NCBI RefSeq assembly: GCF_036321535.1
Contig: NC_087438.1
Location: 99,014,001 to 99,078,000 of the forward strand
DNA length: 64,000 nucleotides
Direction: 5' to 3'
Source: Camelus dromedarius
Taxonomy: Eukaryota
Position numbers and translations under genes: made by a program. The notes beneath the pieces were generated by a model. The model was not told where the DNA came from, made no database searches, and worked only from the letters and a program-made list of their open reading frames with translations. This document shows, piece after piece, positions 47,901 through 59,472 of the stretch (its first letter is position 1; each line of letters opens with the position of its first letter).

Positions 47901-50900
47901 TATCCACTCACCATGCTGAGTGACAAAACTGATGCAGGCATCCACGATGATGGGGATGTCACCTCGGCTCATCTGCTGTTCCTGCAACCCTGTGCCTCCC
48001 CCGCCAGCTGCCCCTTCAATGGACGCGTTCCACGCTGCGAAATCCAGCCGGCCCTCTGCCTGCAGATAGAGGGTCCTGAAACCGAAGAGACCCGAGTCAC
48101 AGCCAGCTCCAGGGGAGTCCTCTGAGCAGCCCAGACTTCCCAGAGCCACCAGCAGGGGGCAGCAACACCCAACTCAGACAGGGTCCCTGAACTAAGGAAG
48201 TGACTTTGAGGAAGTAGGCAGTGGTCCAGCAGGGTGGAGAGGGTGGGCTGTGCTCTAGAAAGAGGGGCCCAGAGTCAGGTGTAGGGACAAGACATACCTT
48301 CCTGTCTCCACCAGAACCAAATGTTCTTTCTTTTCTGGGGTGTCAGCTGCTGAGACAACACCTGGGAGGAGAATCATCAGGTGTTATCATCATTGTCATC
48401 TTCATCATAGTGACTAATGTTTCCCAAGTATTTAAGGTATGCAGGTTCCATGCTAGGAGCCTTACAAGCAATGCTGCACTAAGTCCCAAGTTATATACCA
48501 TTATCCCCATTTTACAGGTGACACCTTAAAGTTCAGAGAAGTTAAGTAACTTGCCTCAGATTATTTGCTGTAAAATGGTAAAGTGGAGCTGGAGCTCAGG
48601 TTTCTTGTCTCCAAAACCTTGAGATCCTACACTGTTCCTCTTTTAGGATGAAATGAGAGTTCCCAGTCCCCAACTAGCAAGGACTCCAAATAATGATAGT
48701 AACAGTAACATTTATACCAATCACATTTATTGAACACTTATAAGATGCCTCCTGACAGGTTCTGTGATAAGTGTTTTATATACATTGCCTTACTTGAAAT
48801 TCATTACAACCCTATTATTGTGCCTAATGTGAAGGTGAGGAAACTAAGGCACAGAGAGGTTAAGTAACTTGTTCAAGGTCACACAGCTAGGATGTGATAG
48901 AGGCGTGGGGTCTAAATCTGGGCAATTTGATTCCAGAACTTGTGCCTGAATCCACTATGTTCTGCTGTTTCTCATAGGGACCCCCAAATAGATGAAAGTC
49001 CACTTCCCACCCTGCCCCCACAGCCACCCTTCATCCCTGTCCCCACCCCTGCTCACTGATCTCCTGTAGCCGCCGCAGATGCACCAAGTCCTCAGGGGCT
49101 GGGGGACCAGGGCCTGATGCTGGACACAGGAAGAGGTGGTCTCCACGAAGAAGTCCAAACCCAGACAGCCAGAGGCCAGGGGCTAGGGCAGTATGGGAGG
49201 GGGACCGCAGCCACAGGCGACCCAGCCGCAGCAGCCCAGGGCCCAACAGTTGGTGACAGCTCAGTGGGGAGAACCACTGTGAGGCGGGAGGAGGACATAG
49301 GGAGAGAGGAGGATGGAAAAAGAGACAAGGGGTGGGGGAAAGAAGTAAGAGTAAGAGGGACATGGAAAGGCAGAAAATGAGAGAGAGAGAAAGCAAAAGA
49401 GAAAGAGGAATGAAAAGGGATGGGAGAGAGGGAAGGAAAGACCAGGAAAGGAGATAGGAGATGGATAGAGAAAGACAGGAGAGAAATGCAATTCAATTTG
49501 ATTTGCTTCAGCCAGCACAGAGAAGACCCCTGTGTGGCAGGCAGTCTTATGCCCTTAACTGGGATGTGGGGATAAGACAGAATGAGTAGCCACGTGCTAT
49601 AACTGAAGAGTCATGATGCCCTGGGAAGTCCCACCCCTGAGGTGCCGGGGAGAGGCTTTGTGGAGAAAGGACCATTTCAGATGGACCTCAAAGCAGTGCT
49701 TCTCAATCTACCTGTGGCTGAAGGAACAGGAAGTCTTTTTAAAAATTACCAATCTGTCACTAACCAATACTTTGAATAAAAAAAAAACAATAGAACTAAT
49801 TACTAGAAGAGTAAAATGAAAAAAGACATACAAAATATAAATCCCCAATTTTTATAATTAGATTCCACACATAAAACCACTCCATCCAATTGTTATGAAG
49901 TATTCTAAACGCTAACTCTCAAGCTCTGTACTTAGCCTATCCTTGGGCCAGGATCGGGAAGTGTCTGCAGACCACACTTGGCGTCACTCTGCCTTAAAGG
50001 ATGGGAGAGATTTTTGGAAAGTAGGTAGTAAGAGGAGACTTGGACCCAGCTATGAGGGCCACGACAGAGCCCTTAAAGGATATGGGGACAGCGGTTGGTA
50101 TGAGGACTTGAGTGGGGTCAGAAGCCAGAGCAGTGGCACATTTCCTAAGAGAAGTGTCAGGTGCAGAGATGACCTGTTGAGGTCAGGAGAAGGCCCTTGG
50201 ACTTCAGCAAGGGGAAGTCACCGGCCACCTGCAAGGTAGCATCTCAGAAGAGTATGGCGGAGGAGGGCAGTCGCAAGGGGTTAAGCCAGAGCACACGACT
50301 TTCTAAGAAGTTGTCAGGAGGGCACCGGGGTGGTGAGCTGAAGGTGGAGCAGGGTTGAAGGAAAAGCAATTTAAGGATGGGAGCAATGGTCATTATTGTT
50401 GCCATGACTACGTCAACACCCACAGATGGAGGGCTTGCTGTGTGCCAGGCGGGGGGGTGGGGTGGGGAGGGGAGACTTGTGTGTCACTTAATCCTCAACC
50501 CTAGCAGTTGGGCCTTTTTACACCCACTCTATCCACTCAGCTGGAGGACTCAAAGATCTGACTCTTTGAGTGCCTGAACTTTCCATTCAAGGGGGAGAGT
50601 GCAGGATGGAGAGAGACTGGCTGGCCTGGGAGTGGAGAAGCTGGGATAGATGAAGGCAGCTTTGCCTCCGGACTTGGAGAACTGGGAGTTGGGGGACGGC
50701 AGCAGGAGTCAGAGGGAGTCTCTCTGTGGGAAGAGGCCCAGCACAGCGAAGTTTGGCTCATGAGCTTGGAGACAGAAGCCTGATTTTGGTCCTGGGCTCT
50801 GTTGCCTCCTAGCTCTGTGACCTTGACCAAGTGACTTCATTACTTCTGAGACTCAGTTTCTTTAGGTGTAAAATATTAATCCTTACCTCTGAGGGTTGTG

Positions 50901-53900
50901 AAAATTAAATAAGATATTGAGTGGGTGGCGTTTAACACAGGGCCTGACAGAATAATTGCTTGGTCGATCTTAGCTGTTAGTGGAAGGGGTAGGAGGGGCT
51001 CTAGGAAAAGGAGAGGATGGGGTGGGGGCAGGTGGAGACAGGGAAACCATGAGCTGTTAGGAAGGGGTCTTGGCTATCTCACCTTGCCCACGGCACTGGT
51101 CCAGGCCTCCAGGCTGTCAGCTCCATCTGTGCCAAAGTGCTGGATCCTTCCCCCAGTGAGGATAAGCTCAAAGGAAAAGGGAAACCTTGAGACAAGAGAG
51201 GTCAGGGAGGAGAATGAGGGTGAGTGAGGGGGCTGGCAGGCTCGGGATCAGGAAGGGAAAAGGGAAATTCAGGGAGCATGTAGGGGGGGTGTTGTTACCT
51301 GTCCAGGTCACTTGGGTCAGCGGGTGGGGGGCTCACACCCAAACATACAACATCCTGGGGCTGGATGAGGCTGAGAGGTTCAGGGCTGCTTTCTGACACA
51401 AACATTTCCAGAGCTGCACCCAGCACGCACCACAGTCGGGGGGGAGCTAAGAGGGAAACTGGTGGTCAGCAGGCAGCAGGCCTCTGTCCCCATCACCCTT
51501 TGTCCAAATCCCCATTTACCAGATTCTTATTCTATGACAAGCTTTTTGCCTTTGTGTGATCTCAAGTAATCTTCACAGTGACCCTATGAGGTAGGTATTA
51601 TATTCACTCCTGTGTTACAGATGGGGAAACTGAGGCTCAGAGTTTGAGTAGCTTGCCCAAGCCATGTGGGTAGAAAGTAGCAGGGCTGGGATTGGACCTC
51701 AACAGCCTGACTTCAAAGCACAGCCTCTCAACTATCACCCAGTGCTGCCGCCTGGCATCGTCCCTCTCTGAACCCCAGCACCCAGCCCACTCCAGGGCAT
51801 TGCCCCTTTCCCATCCCAGTCCTCTCCTCCCTGGCTCTCTGTGGAACACTCAAGTGTATCCTGATTTCTGCCTATCTCCTCCCATCCCTTGGCTCCCTTC
51901 TTACCATCTCGGCCCCTGCGAGGGGGTGGGGGTCCAGCTTTGTTGCTGACGGGACCACAGTACAGAAAGCTGCTGTAAGTGGCAGGCACCACCACCTCGT
52001 TGTACACACCAAGGGAGGAGTCTGTAAGGAGAAGTGGTCAGATCAGGCCAGTGCCATGGAGTGGATTGTCTACCTTGGGGAAGGGATTGAATCAAAGAAG
52101 CAGTGGGACCCAACTCCACTGGCAGCATGGCCAAGTAGAGCCCAGTGGGGCTGGATGCCTCACTACCCCGATTAGAAAAGAGGGTGGCAGGGAGTGGTGA
52201 GGCTCCTAAGCCAGCCCTTGTCCAGTGCCTGTCCCCCACCAGCCAGGCAACAACAAGTCAGCTCTGGGTGGAGGCCTCAGAGCATGGACCATTCTGTAAG
52301 TGTCTTGGCCCCTGACTACTGGGGACCAGCCTCTTTGAGATGGTCATTTCTAGGATCAGACTGCCCCTGGGGAGGAGAGATCTGGTCTACAGGTTGACCC
52401 TGTCAGGGGTAGGCCAGCACTACCACCTCTAACATCCAGATCCACTCCAGACAGTGGTCACTGCTGGTCATTTCAAAATATCAGGAAATAGGCCCTGGAG
52501 GATCTGGAGGGCTGGGAAACTGCCCAGGCTGGGCCACTGTGATGTGCTGGGTGAGGAGTAATTGGGGCCCCTCAGAAAAACTGACGCACTGGCTGCAGCT
52601 TAGAATTCTTGCAGAGAGAAAAAGGAGGCATTTGTGGGGATTACCTGGGGGCAGGAGACCAGGGAAGCTACCATTGAGGGCTGAGGGGGACCAGGGCTCC
52701 TCGCCCTCAGAGGCCTCCACACACAGGAGCTGGGTCATGTTCTTCAGCAGATTGGGTCCAGCTACAGCTGCACACAGTGCCTGCAGGGAGAAAAGGGTCT
52801 CTGTTAGCCCAAGACGCAGCCCCGGAGCCCTGGGGACTGTCCTCTTGCCACCAAAAACAGCACCCACTCCAAGTTTAGGCATCTCAACTAGGAGATTGCT
52901 TTCCCCCCTCCCCTTCAGCCCTAACTTTCCCCCACTACCTGGAGAAGCTGGCTGTGATCTGGATACTGAGGGTGGGGCTTCCGGAAGAGACCTAGCCGGT
53001 ATTTCCGGGAGATGAACTCTCCCCGAGGGCCAGGGGTGGTATCTGGATGCAGCCCCTCACCTGGGGGTAGTGCCCCTGCCCAGAAGCGGTTGGCACGATC
53101 ATTTCCCAGGACGATGAAAAACTGCAGGAAGACAAGGGGCAGAGGCAAGTGACAAGAACTCAAGAGTCCCCAGACATTCCAATCCTGTCCTCCAGCTGGA
53201 CCCAAGGACTTTTTTGCATGCTCTCCTTCCATCCCCTCCCCCAGCCACTTCTCCCTCTTCAGACTCCTCACCTGTACTATCTCATTACTCCAGACACTTG
53301 TGTCCAGCTTCAGGCTCTGCACCTTGGAGATCCCAGAACCCAGGGCCCGATGTTGACCTGTTAGGGTGGGAGAGGCACGTGGCATCGGTATCCTGAGCCC
53401 TCTGGCCCCAAATCCCCTCCTCCTCCCCATTTCAGCTAAAGGCTCTGGCCCTCACCTGCACACTGCTTGCAGATGACCACCCCCAGGTTGACAGCGGCCC
53501 AGTCTGGGCGGGAGGCCCCACAGTCCGCACAGTGCCGGTTTGNNNNNNNNNNNNNNNNNNNNNNNNNNNNNNNNNNNNNNNNNNNNNNNNNNNNNNNNNN
53601 NNNNNNNNNNNNNNNNNNNNNNNNNNNNNNNNNNNNNNNNNNNNNNNNNNNNNNNNNNNNNNNNNNNNNNNNNNNNNNNNNNNNNNNNNNACCCCCCATC
53701 TGCCCCACACCCCTGCAGGAGCCACCACAGGCCATACCTGGGCCAGCCCGGACCCTCCTGACATCCTTGATCCCATTTACCAGACTCCTTTCAGTGCATA
53801 TGCACTGATAACCTACAGAAGAGGCTCCAGTCCTTTGCACCCCTAGGGTCTCCCTCAAAAGTCTTGCCCCCAGCATTGCCTCCTGCCAGTCTGGGCCCCA

Positions 53901-56900
53901 CCTGAAGCAGCGATGGGGCGTGAGCAGGTCGAAGCTGCGACTCTTGGTCTCCCGGACACTGCAGCCTTGCAGCTCAATGAAGCAGATCCCGATGCCCAGA
54001 GAGAAGGCCTGACAGGGTCAGGGCAGGCACAGTGAGGCCAGAATGGGCTAGGTCGGGCCCCTCGGCTCCAGCCCGGCCCTCCTCACCTGCTCACTCTTGT
54101 ACAGTGCCAGCTCTCCAGGGCTCAAGGCAGCAAACACCTTGGCCTTATGCCCACGCAGCTCCAGCATGCCTGTGCGGAGGGGTCGGGGCGGCTGCGGGGG
54201 CCGAGGATGGCCCAGGAGGCGCTGCTCCTTCAGGCAGGATTGCAGAGTGGAGCACCACGTGTCCCGCTGAGCTGGTCGGGGATGAGGAAGCAGGTCAGTG
54301 GGCTGTGTGCTCACCCGGCCTCCCCAGCCCTGCCCTGACCCGGGGAGCCCTGGCCCTCACCCTCGCTCTCTGTGCGGAATACGAACACCCTCTGGCCGGT
54401 GATGACCTGGAACTTGTTGTCCTTGCTGCTGCGAGTCATCTCGATGGCGGTCAAAGGGATCACACCCTTGGGGAAGGGGTCCTAGAGGGACAGCCCATTG
54501 ACCCATGAGAACAGGAACTTAGCCATGTGCGCTGACCCCAGGGGCCAGTACCAACTTTTAATGAGATCAGCACTCATTCCACAAGCAGTGGGGTGCAGCT
54601 GCTAACCTAGCTCCTTTAGACTCATCAGTCATGTGATGACTGCCTCCCCACCATGGGGGGATTGGCCTTCCAATCCCGAGCCACTCTCAGCCCTCCCTCT
54701 CCCTCTCCCTCTCCCCAGGTCCCACGTAGCATCTCCTAGACCCACCTTATCACTGCCAAAGTACATCAGACTCCTCCCATTGAACTGTACAAAGCGCCTC
54801 TGGAAGACGTAGTTTCTGGGGAAGGGAGGGGCTGAACTTAGTAAGTGGTAAAGGCTGCATCCCAGGGGCTCCTAGGATCTGGGAGCACTTGGGACCTGAC
54901 CTCCACCACCACCACCCAGCCTCCCGCCCTGCCTCCCTTCCCTTCTGAGCAGCCCCACCCCTGAGGAGAGAGCTTGTCTAGCCAGCCACTGAGCAGGGGT
55001 GTTGGGCGGTCGGCCGTGGAGGAGAAGCTGGCATAGGGTGAAATGAGGTCATCATTGGTCTCTGTGTCCAGAGTGGGCAGCGAGAGGCTGGAATCCCCGG
55101 GCAGCTCAAGGCTGGCATAGCCAGCATCCTCCCGTGCCTCCAGATCCTGCCTGCTGAGCCTTGTGGGGGACAAGACAGAGAGGGACACACATTAGACTCA
55201 GTTCCCTGGCCATCTTCACCACAATAACTAGCAGAATGCCTGGCAGGTACTGGATCTGCTTTTTAAATGAGAATGGAGCAGGGGGGAACGTATGACTCAG
55301 TGGTAGAACACATGCTTAGCATGCACGAGGTCCTGGGTTTAATCCCCAGTACCTCCATTAAAAATAAATAAATAAACCTAATTAGCTTCCGCCTCCCCCA
55401 CAAACAAAAAAAAAATTTTTTTTAATAAAAATTAAGCAGAGGAACAGGGAGGTTGGGAACCCAAAAGATTAGCATGGAGCTTCTTCCCCAAACACTTGGG
55501 TTCTTCATTCAAAAAATTTCAGTCCCTCTTCTCTGCCATTAGGATTACCTGGTGGAAAAGTTGGGGGAGGGCTGTGTAGACAGCTTCCTGCCACCGCTGC
55601 TCGTATCTCATTAGTAAGTCTTACTGCCTCTCTCTCCAAAAAGTTCTTGCGTTTCTCTCCCTGGACCAAGCTCCCACTGGTTCTCACCGAGGTGATGTGA
55701 ATTGCCTAACTCGTCACCTGCTTCCACTCTTTCTCGCCCACTGAACAGCCATTCTCCCACCGACACCAGAGTGCTCTTTTAAGAATGCAAATAGGGTCAT
55801 TTCACTCTCCTGCATGAAACTCTGCAATAACTTCCCATTTGCACTTAAGATAAATCCAAATTCCTTACCAGGGGCTGCAAGCCCTTGTACCATGAGACCC
55901 ATGGCTACTCCCCTGACCTCATCTTGTATCACCCTCACCTTGCTAACTATAGTTCAACTACATTCTCTCCTCTAGTTCAGGGCCTTTGCACATGCTGTTT
56001 CCTCTGCCTAGAGCATGCTTCCCTGGGCTGTTTTTTCTGATCCTTCTGGTCTATTTTCTTAGAAGGTCCTCTGCTATCCTCTGTCACTTTCAAGTGGTTC
56101 CTATCTCCGCTGCACAAAACCACTTGGGAACTCTAAAAATACTGGTATATGGGCCCTATACCAAATACTTAATCTCTGGGGACGGGGCCCAGGCATCTGT
56201 CATTTTAAAAGTTCCCCAGGCTGCAGTGCAGTTAAGGTTGAGGAACCACTACTTTACTATATTTGTTTCCTACCTCACTGAAAAATTGAAGCAATCAGAT
56301 GGGAAACCCCACAGACTCCCAGCGCCTCATCTGCCCAATTTCACACACACACTGCCTTCCTCCTGCTACTATAATGAATAGCCCGGTCTAAAGCCAGTCC
56401 ATCCTTTGGGCACTTAATCCTAGTCCTCGCACCTACACAAGAACATGGGTCCAGGCTTTCTCCCCTTTCTCTCCCTGTATCAGCTAATTTTCCCTCTCTA
56501 CCAGATCAGCCCTAGTCCCCTATAAACATGGAGTATTCCATGCCATAAAAAACCTCTTCTTTTTTTTTTCCTTAATGGAGGTACTGGGGATTGAACCCAG
56601 GACCTCATACATGCTAAGTATGTGCTCTACCACTGAGCTATACCCTCTCCCCTAAAAACCCCTTTTTTTGACTCCTCTCCCACTATCAATAATCACTCCG
56701 ATTCTCTGCTCTTCTTTGCAGAAAAACTGCTCAAAAATAATTGCCTTCACTTTTCTAGCTCCTCTCCTCCTGTTCTCTCTTGAGTCCACTCTGACCCAGC
56801 TTTCACCCCCACCATTTGTCAAGGTCCTATGTGACCTCCATGTGCCAATTCCAAAAGGCCAATTCCCAGTCCTCATCTTACCCAACCTCTCAGCAGCGTT

Positions 56901-59406
56901 TGACAGAGCTGACCCCTTCCTCCTCCTTACACAGTCTTCACTTGGCTCCTGGGCCATCACATTCTCCTGATCTTCTTCTACTTCACTAACCATTTCTTTT
57001 CAGCCTGTTTTGCTGATTCTTCCTCTTCTCCCAAACCACCTGATACTGGAGTGTGCCAGGACTTTGATCGTGGTCCTTTGCTCTATGGACACTCACTCAC
57101 AGCTCCATGTGTGCATCTAAATGCTGACAACTCACAAATTCAGATCTCCACCTCAGATCTCTCCCATGAACTCCAGACTTGGAAATTCCATGGTCTATAA
57201 TCTAATCTACTCCCACGTGCCCCTGCTTTATGCAGAGTCTTCCCCATCTCAAACCATGGCAACTCCAGAAACTTTCAGTTGTTCAGAACAGCACCGTCAA
57301 ACTAAGCCTTTGAAATGTGGTTGTTTTGTAGTTACAATGCATCTCACACCAGACTAGCCACATCTCATGTGTTCAGCAGTCACATGTGGTTACAGACTAC
57401 CACACCGGACAGTGCAAGCTTAAACTGAAACCTCTGAAGTCATTCTTGACCGCTCTTTTCTCTCATACCCCAAGGTACTAGGACAGTTTGCCTTCAAAAT
57501 ATAACCAAAATTCAACCACTTCCCACCACCTCTACTCCCATCACCCTAGCCTGAACCGTCTCACCTAGATCACTATAAGAACCTCCCCACTGGTCACTCT
57601 GCTTCTGCTTTTGCCTCCTACAGACCATTCCCAACACAGCAACCAGAGGGATATTTAAAATGAAAGTCAAAACCCTTCCAATGGCTGGCTTCCCATTTCA
57701 CTTAGAGTAAAATCGAAAGTTCTGACAAGGGCCTACGGGATCTGGCCCCTTCCATCTCTCTGATAGGCATCCCTTCCCACTCCTCCCATCCTGGCCCATT
57801 CTGCTGCTGCCAGTCCAGCCTTGTCAAGGCTACCGGATCCCCCTGGGCACATGGCCTTCTTGAAGCCTCTATTCTGGCCACTCTTCCTGCTTGTAACACT
57901 GTTCTCCTAGAAGAGCAGTAACTCCCTCATCCCCTTAAAGTTTTGGCTCGAATGTCATCTGCTTACCACTCTGGCAACTCTTAATGGGAAAACTGCAGTC
58001 CACACCCCTCCCCAACCCCCACCACTCCATCCCAGCCCTCTTACCCTGCTCGGTTTTTTTCCCACATCACTTACCACATTTTGACATACGGCGGAACTTA
58101 GGTATTATAGCTACTGTTAATTGACTATCTCCCAACAAGGGCAGGGATTTCTGATCTATCCCAAGTATCTACAACAATCCCTGGCATGCAGTAGGTGTTC
58201 AATAAAGATCCTTAAATGAAAGAACAAAAAGGACTTCTCCCTATTTTAAATTAGATATTCATTTGCTTGTCCACCTGTTTTATTTCCTGTCTGCCCCACT
58301 GAGTCACAAGCTGCCTGAAGAGGGGGGCTGGGTCTGTCATAGTCATCCTGTATCTTGAGAACCCTGCCGGCACACAGGGGACACTCAATATACATTTGAT
58401 AAATAATGATGTACATGGCCGCCATCAGCTCAGCTGCTCCTCAAGCTTCCCCTCTTCCTGCCATCATCACCCTGTGGACACTCACCTGTGTTCAGCCCTG
58501 TCCTGACAGACACCTCTGCCTTCTCTTCTATCGGGGGCCCCTGAGACCCCCACAGGCTGGACACCGTAGTACAGGCAACCAGGGTCCATGATGTGCACTG
58601 GCAGGGAGAGAAATGGGGGAGACAGGGAAGAGGAGATCAGGTGGGAGTGTCTGAGGTCCTGAAGGGCACTGTGCCTCTTCCCCCAACCCATGAAAACCCA
58701 CCTACCTGTGCCCGTTGTGGGCCTGAGAGCAGGGGTGGGGGCAGCAGTCTGGGAGCTGTCTGGGGCCCTAGGGGAAAGGTCTAGTGGTCATTAAGGGAGA
58801 GAGAAGGCAGGACAAGCCCTCATGCCCAACTCCTCCCTGCTCCCACCCAGCACTGGCTCTCCAGGGAGCCAACCCCACTCACATGTCCTGAGCTGGCTGT
58901 GCCCCGCCTCTTAAGTCCAGACCAAAGTAGATGGCATTGGGCATCATCTCCATAGTATTTAAGGCTGAAGGCTGCTCCGAGGAGGAGGTGGGGACAGGAG
59001 AGGACCTGGGGCTGGACTCTGGGTTCTTGGATGCTTCTGGTCTCCAGAGGGCTGGACTCAATCCAGGCCTCTGGGTGGTGGTGGAGCCACTGAGCCCACC
59101 AAATACTGTCCTGGGCTTAGGCACAGGCTTGGTGGGCTGGGCTTGGGGAGCTGGGCTGGGTGATGGCTCCATGGCACTATCCAATCGGGGATCCAGGGAG
59201 ACCTCTGCAGTGCCAGCCTGCAGCAGGCGCAGAATGCGTTTCCGGTGCCCTGTGGCGCTGATGCCCAACTGCCTCAGCTCCTCGGGGCCCAGGCCCTGGG
59301 CTGCACCCGCTGTAGCCAGGCCATNNNNNNNNNNNNNNNNNNNNNNNNNNNNNNNNNNNNNNNNNNNNNNNNNNNNNNNNNNNNNNNNNNNNNNNNNNNN
59401 NNNNNN
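38942..59406 (-). CDS. ARAP3: ArfGAP with RhoGAP domain, ankyrin repeat and PH domain 3 (SAM, PH x5, ArfGAP, RhoGAP, RA), 32 coding exons, ~1544 aa
   Basis: Exons 58883-~59406 (ATG inferred inside N block), 58706-58767, 58486-58597, 54959-55159, 54746-54815, 54361-54481, 54087-54271, 53902-54008, 53456-~53655 (partly N), 53272-53357, 52939-53121, 52645-52780, 51905-52021, 51299-51446, 51083-51185, 49057-49276, 48298-48361, 47912-48075, 45856-46068, 45488-45593, 44385-44532, 44025-44093, 43262-43336, 43049-43163, 41262-41390, 41049-41182, 40719-40801, 40590-40625, 40395-40458, 40158-40295, 39908-39946, 38942-39424; 4635 nt, frame closes. ArfGAP zinc finger CADC..CKQC, RhoGAP GLRLEGVYRKGG, C-terminal EEPVYEEPVYEE. 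Confidence 0.96.
39480..39700 (-). mobile_element. MIR
   Basis: CTGAGGTACAGAGGGGTGAAGTAAGTTGCCCAAGATCATACAG..GGGCTTGAACCCAGG. Confidence 0.7.
41490..42780 (-). mobile_element. L2 fragment, interrupted by the SINE at 42426
   Basis: CATTCATTTAACACTGACTATGCCAGGCACTG..TTTAAACCATGGGAATGGCATGATCTGATTT..GGCAGCTGGATACGTGAATCTGGAGCT. Confidence 0.7.
42426..42592 (-). mobile_element. tRNA-Ala-derived SINE (camelid type), full length
   Basis: GAGGGTATAGCTCAAGTGG..CTTAGCATGC..GGTTCAATCCCCAGTACCTC, long A-rich tail, 15-bp perfect TSD ATCTTAGACGTTTTA (42411-42425 / 42593-42607). Confidence 0.9.
44725..44942 (+). mobile_element. MER58A-like hAT-Charlie MITE
   Basis: CAGGAGTCAGCAAA start, GATAGTAAATATTTTAGGCTT, GGATATGGCCCACAGGCATAGTT..CCCTG end; ~218 bp. 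Confidence 0.75.
46336..46924 (-). mobile_element. MER82-like TcMar-Tigger non-autonomous DNA transposon
   Basis: Imperfect TIRs CACTCAGTCCTTGTTATTC / CAGCCAGTTCTCGTTATTT, TA on both flanks, ~590 bp. Confidence 0.75.
48700..48950 (-). mobile_element. MIR
   Basis: GAGGAAACTAAGGCACAGAGAGGTTAAGTAACTTGTTCAAGGTCACACAGCTAG. Confidence 0.75.
49700..49930. mobile_element. Probable hAT DNA transposon fragment
   Basis: CAGTGCTTCTCAA hAT-type terminus followed by an AT-rich body; family not identified. Confidence 0.35.
50770..50960 (+). mobile_element. MIR
   Basis: CTAGCTCTGTGACCTTGACCAAGTGACTT..CTCTGAGACTCAGTTTC..GTAAAAT. Confidence 0.75.
51570..51720 (-). mobile_element. MIR
   Basis: ACAGATGGGGAAACTGAGGCTCAGAG..CTTGCCCAAG. 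Confidence 0.7.
53543..53690. other. ARAP3: N block (148 nt) hiding the acceptor and 5' half of ARAP3 exon 10 (PH2/ArfGAP junction)
   Basis: Visible part encodes NRHCADCGASRPDWAAVNLGVVICKQCA|GTGAGG; a 200-nt exon restores phase 2 to phase 1. Confidence 0.9.
55281..55430 (+). mobile_element. tRNA-Ala-derived SINE (camelid type)
   Basis: GACTCAGTGGTAGAACACATGCTTAGCATGCACGAGGTCCTGGGTTTAATCCCCAGTACCTCCA plus AAATAAATAAAT tail; B-box mutated. Confidence 0.85.
56100..56250. mobile_element. MER5A-like hAT MITE fragment
   Basis: CTCTGGGGACGGGGCCCAGGCATCTGTCATTTTAAAAGTTCCCCAGG..GTTGAGGAACCACT. Confidence 0.6.
56563..56652 (-). mobile_element. tRNA-Ala-derived SINE with near-intact cloverleaf
   Basis: Intact A-box TAGCTCAGTGG and B-box GGTTCAATCCC, short A tail, degenerate TSD TAAAAA(A)CCYCTT. 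Confidence 0.85.
57290..57420. mobile_element. MER3-like hAT MITE fragment
   Basis: ACTAGCCACATCTCATGTGTTCAGCAGTCACATGTGG..CCACACCGGACAGTGCA. Confidence 0.55.
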
Positions 59407-59472
59407 NNNNNNNNNNNNNNNNNNNNNNNNNNNNNNNNNNNNNNNNNNNNNNNNNNNNNNNNNNNNNNNNNN
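59325..59472. other. ARAP3: N block (148 nt) hiding the ARAP3 start codon, first ~27 SAM-domain codons and the exon 2 acceptor
   Basis: Visible sequence resumes at GLATAGAAQGLGPEELRQLGISATGHRKRIL (SAM domain); ATG predicted at ~59406. Confidence 0.9.

Larger units (their letters stand above)
55500..58230 (+). mobile_element. Fragmented L2 with nested MER5A, SINE and MER3
   Basis: CAGCAGCGTTTGACAGAGCTGACC..TTCACTTGGCT, CAGATCTCCACC, CCCTGGCATGCAGTAGGTGTTCAATAAA. Confidence 0.6.

Noticed and set aside
55281-55357. Possible functional tRNA-Ala gene
   Set aside because: B-box TTC mutated to TTT, D stem broken, SINE tail present
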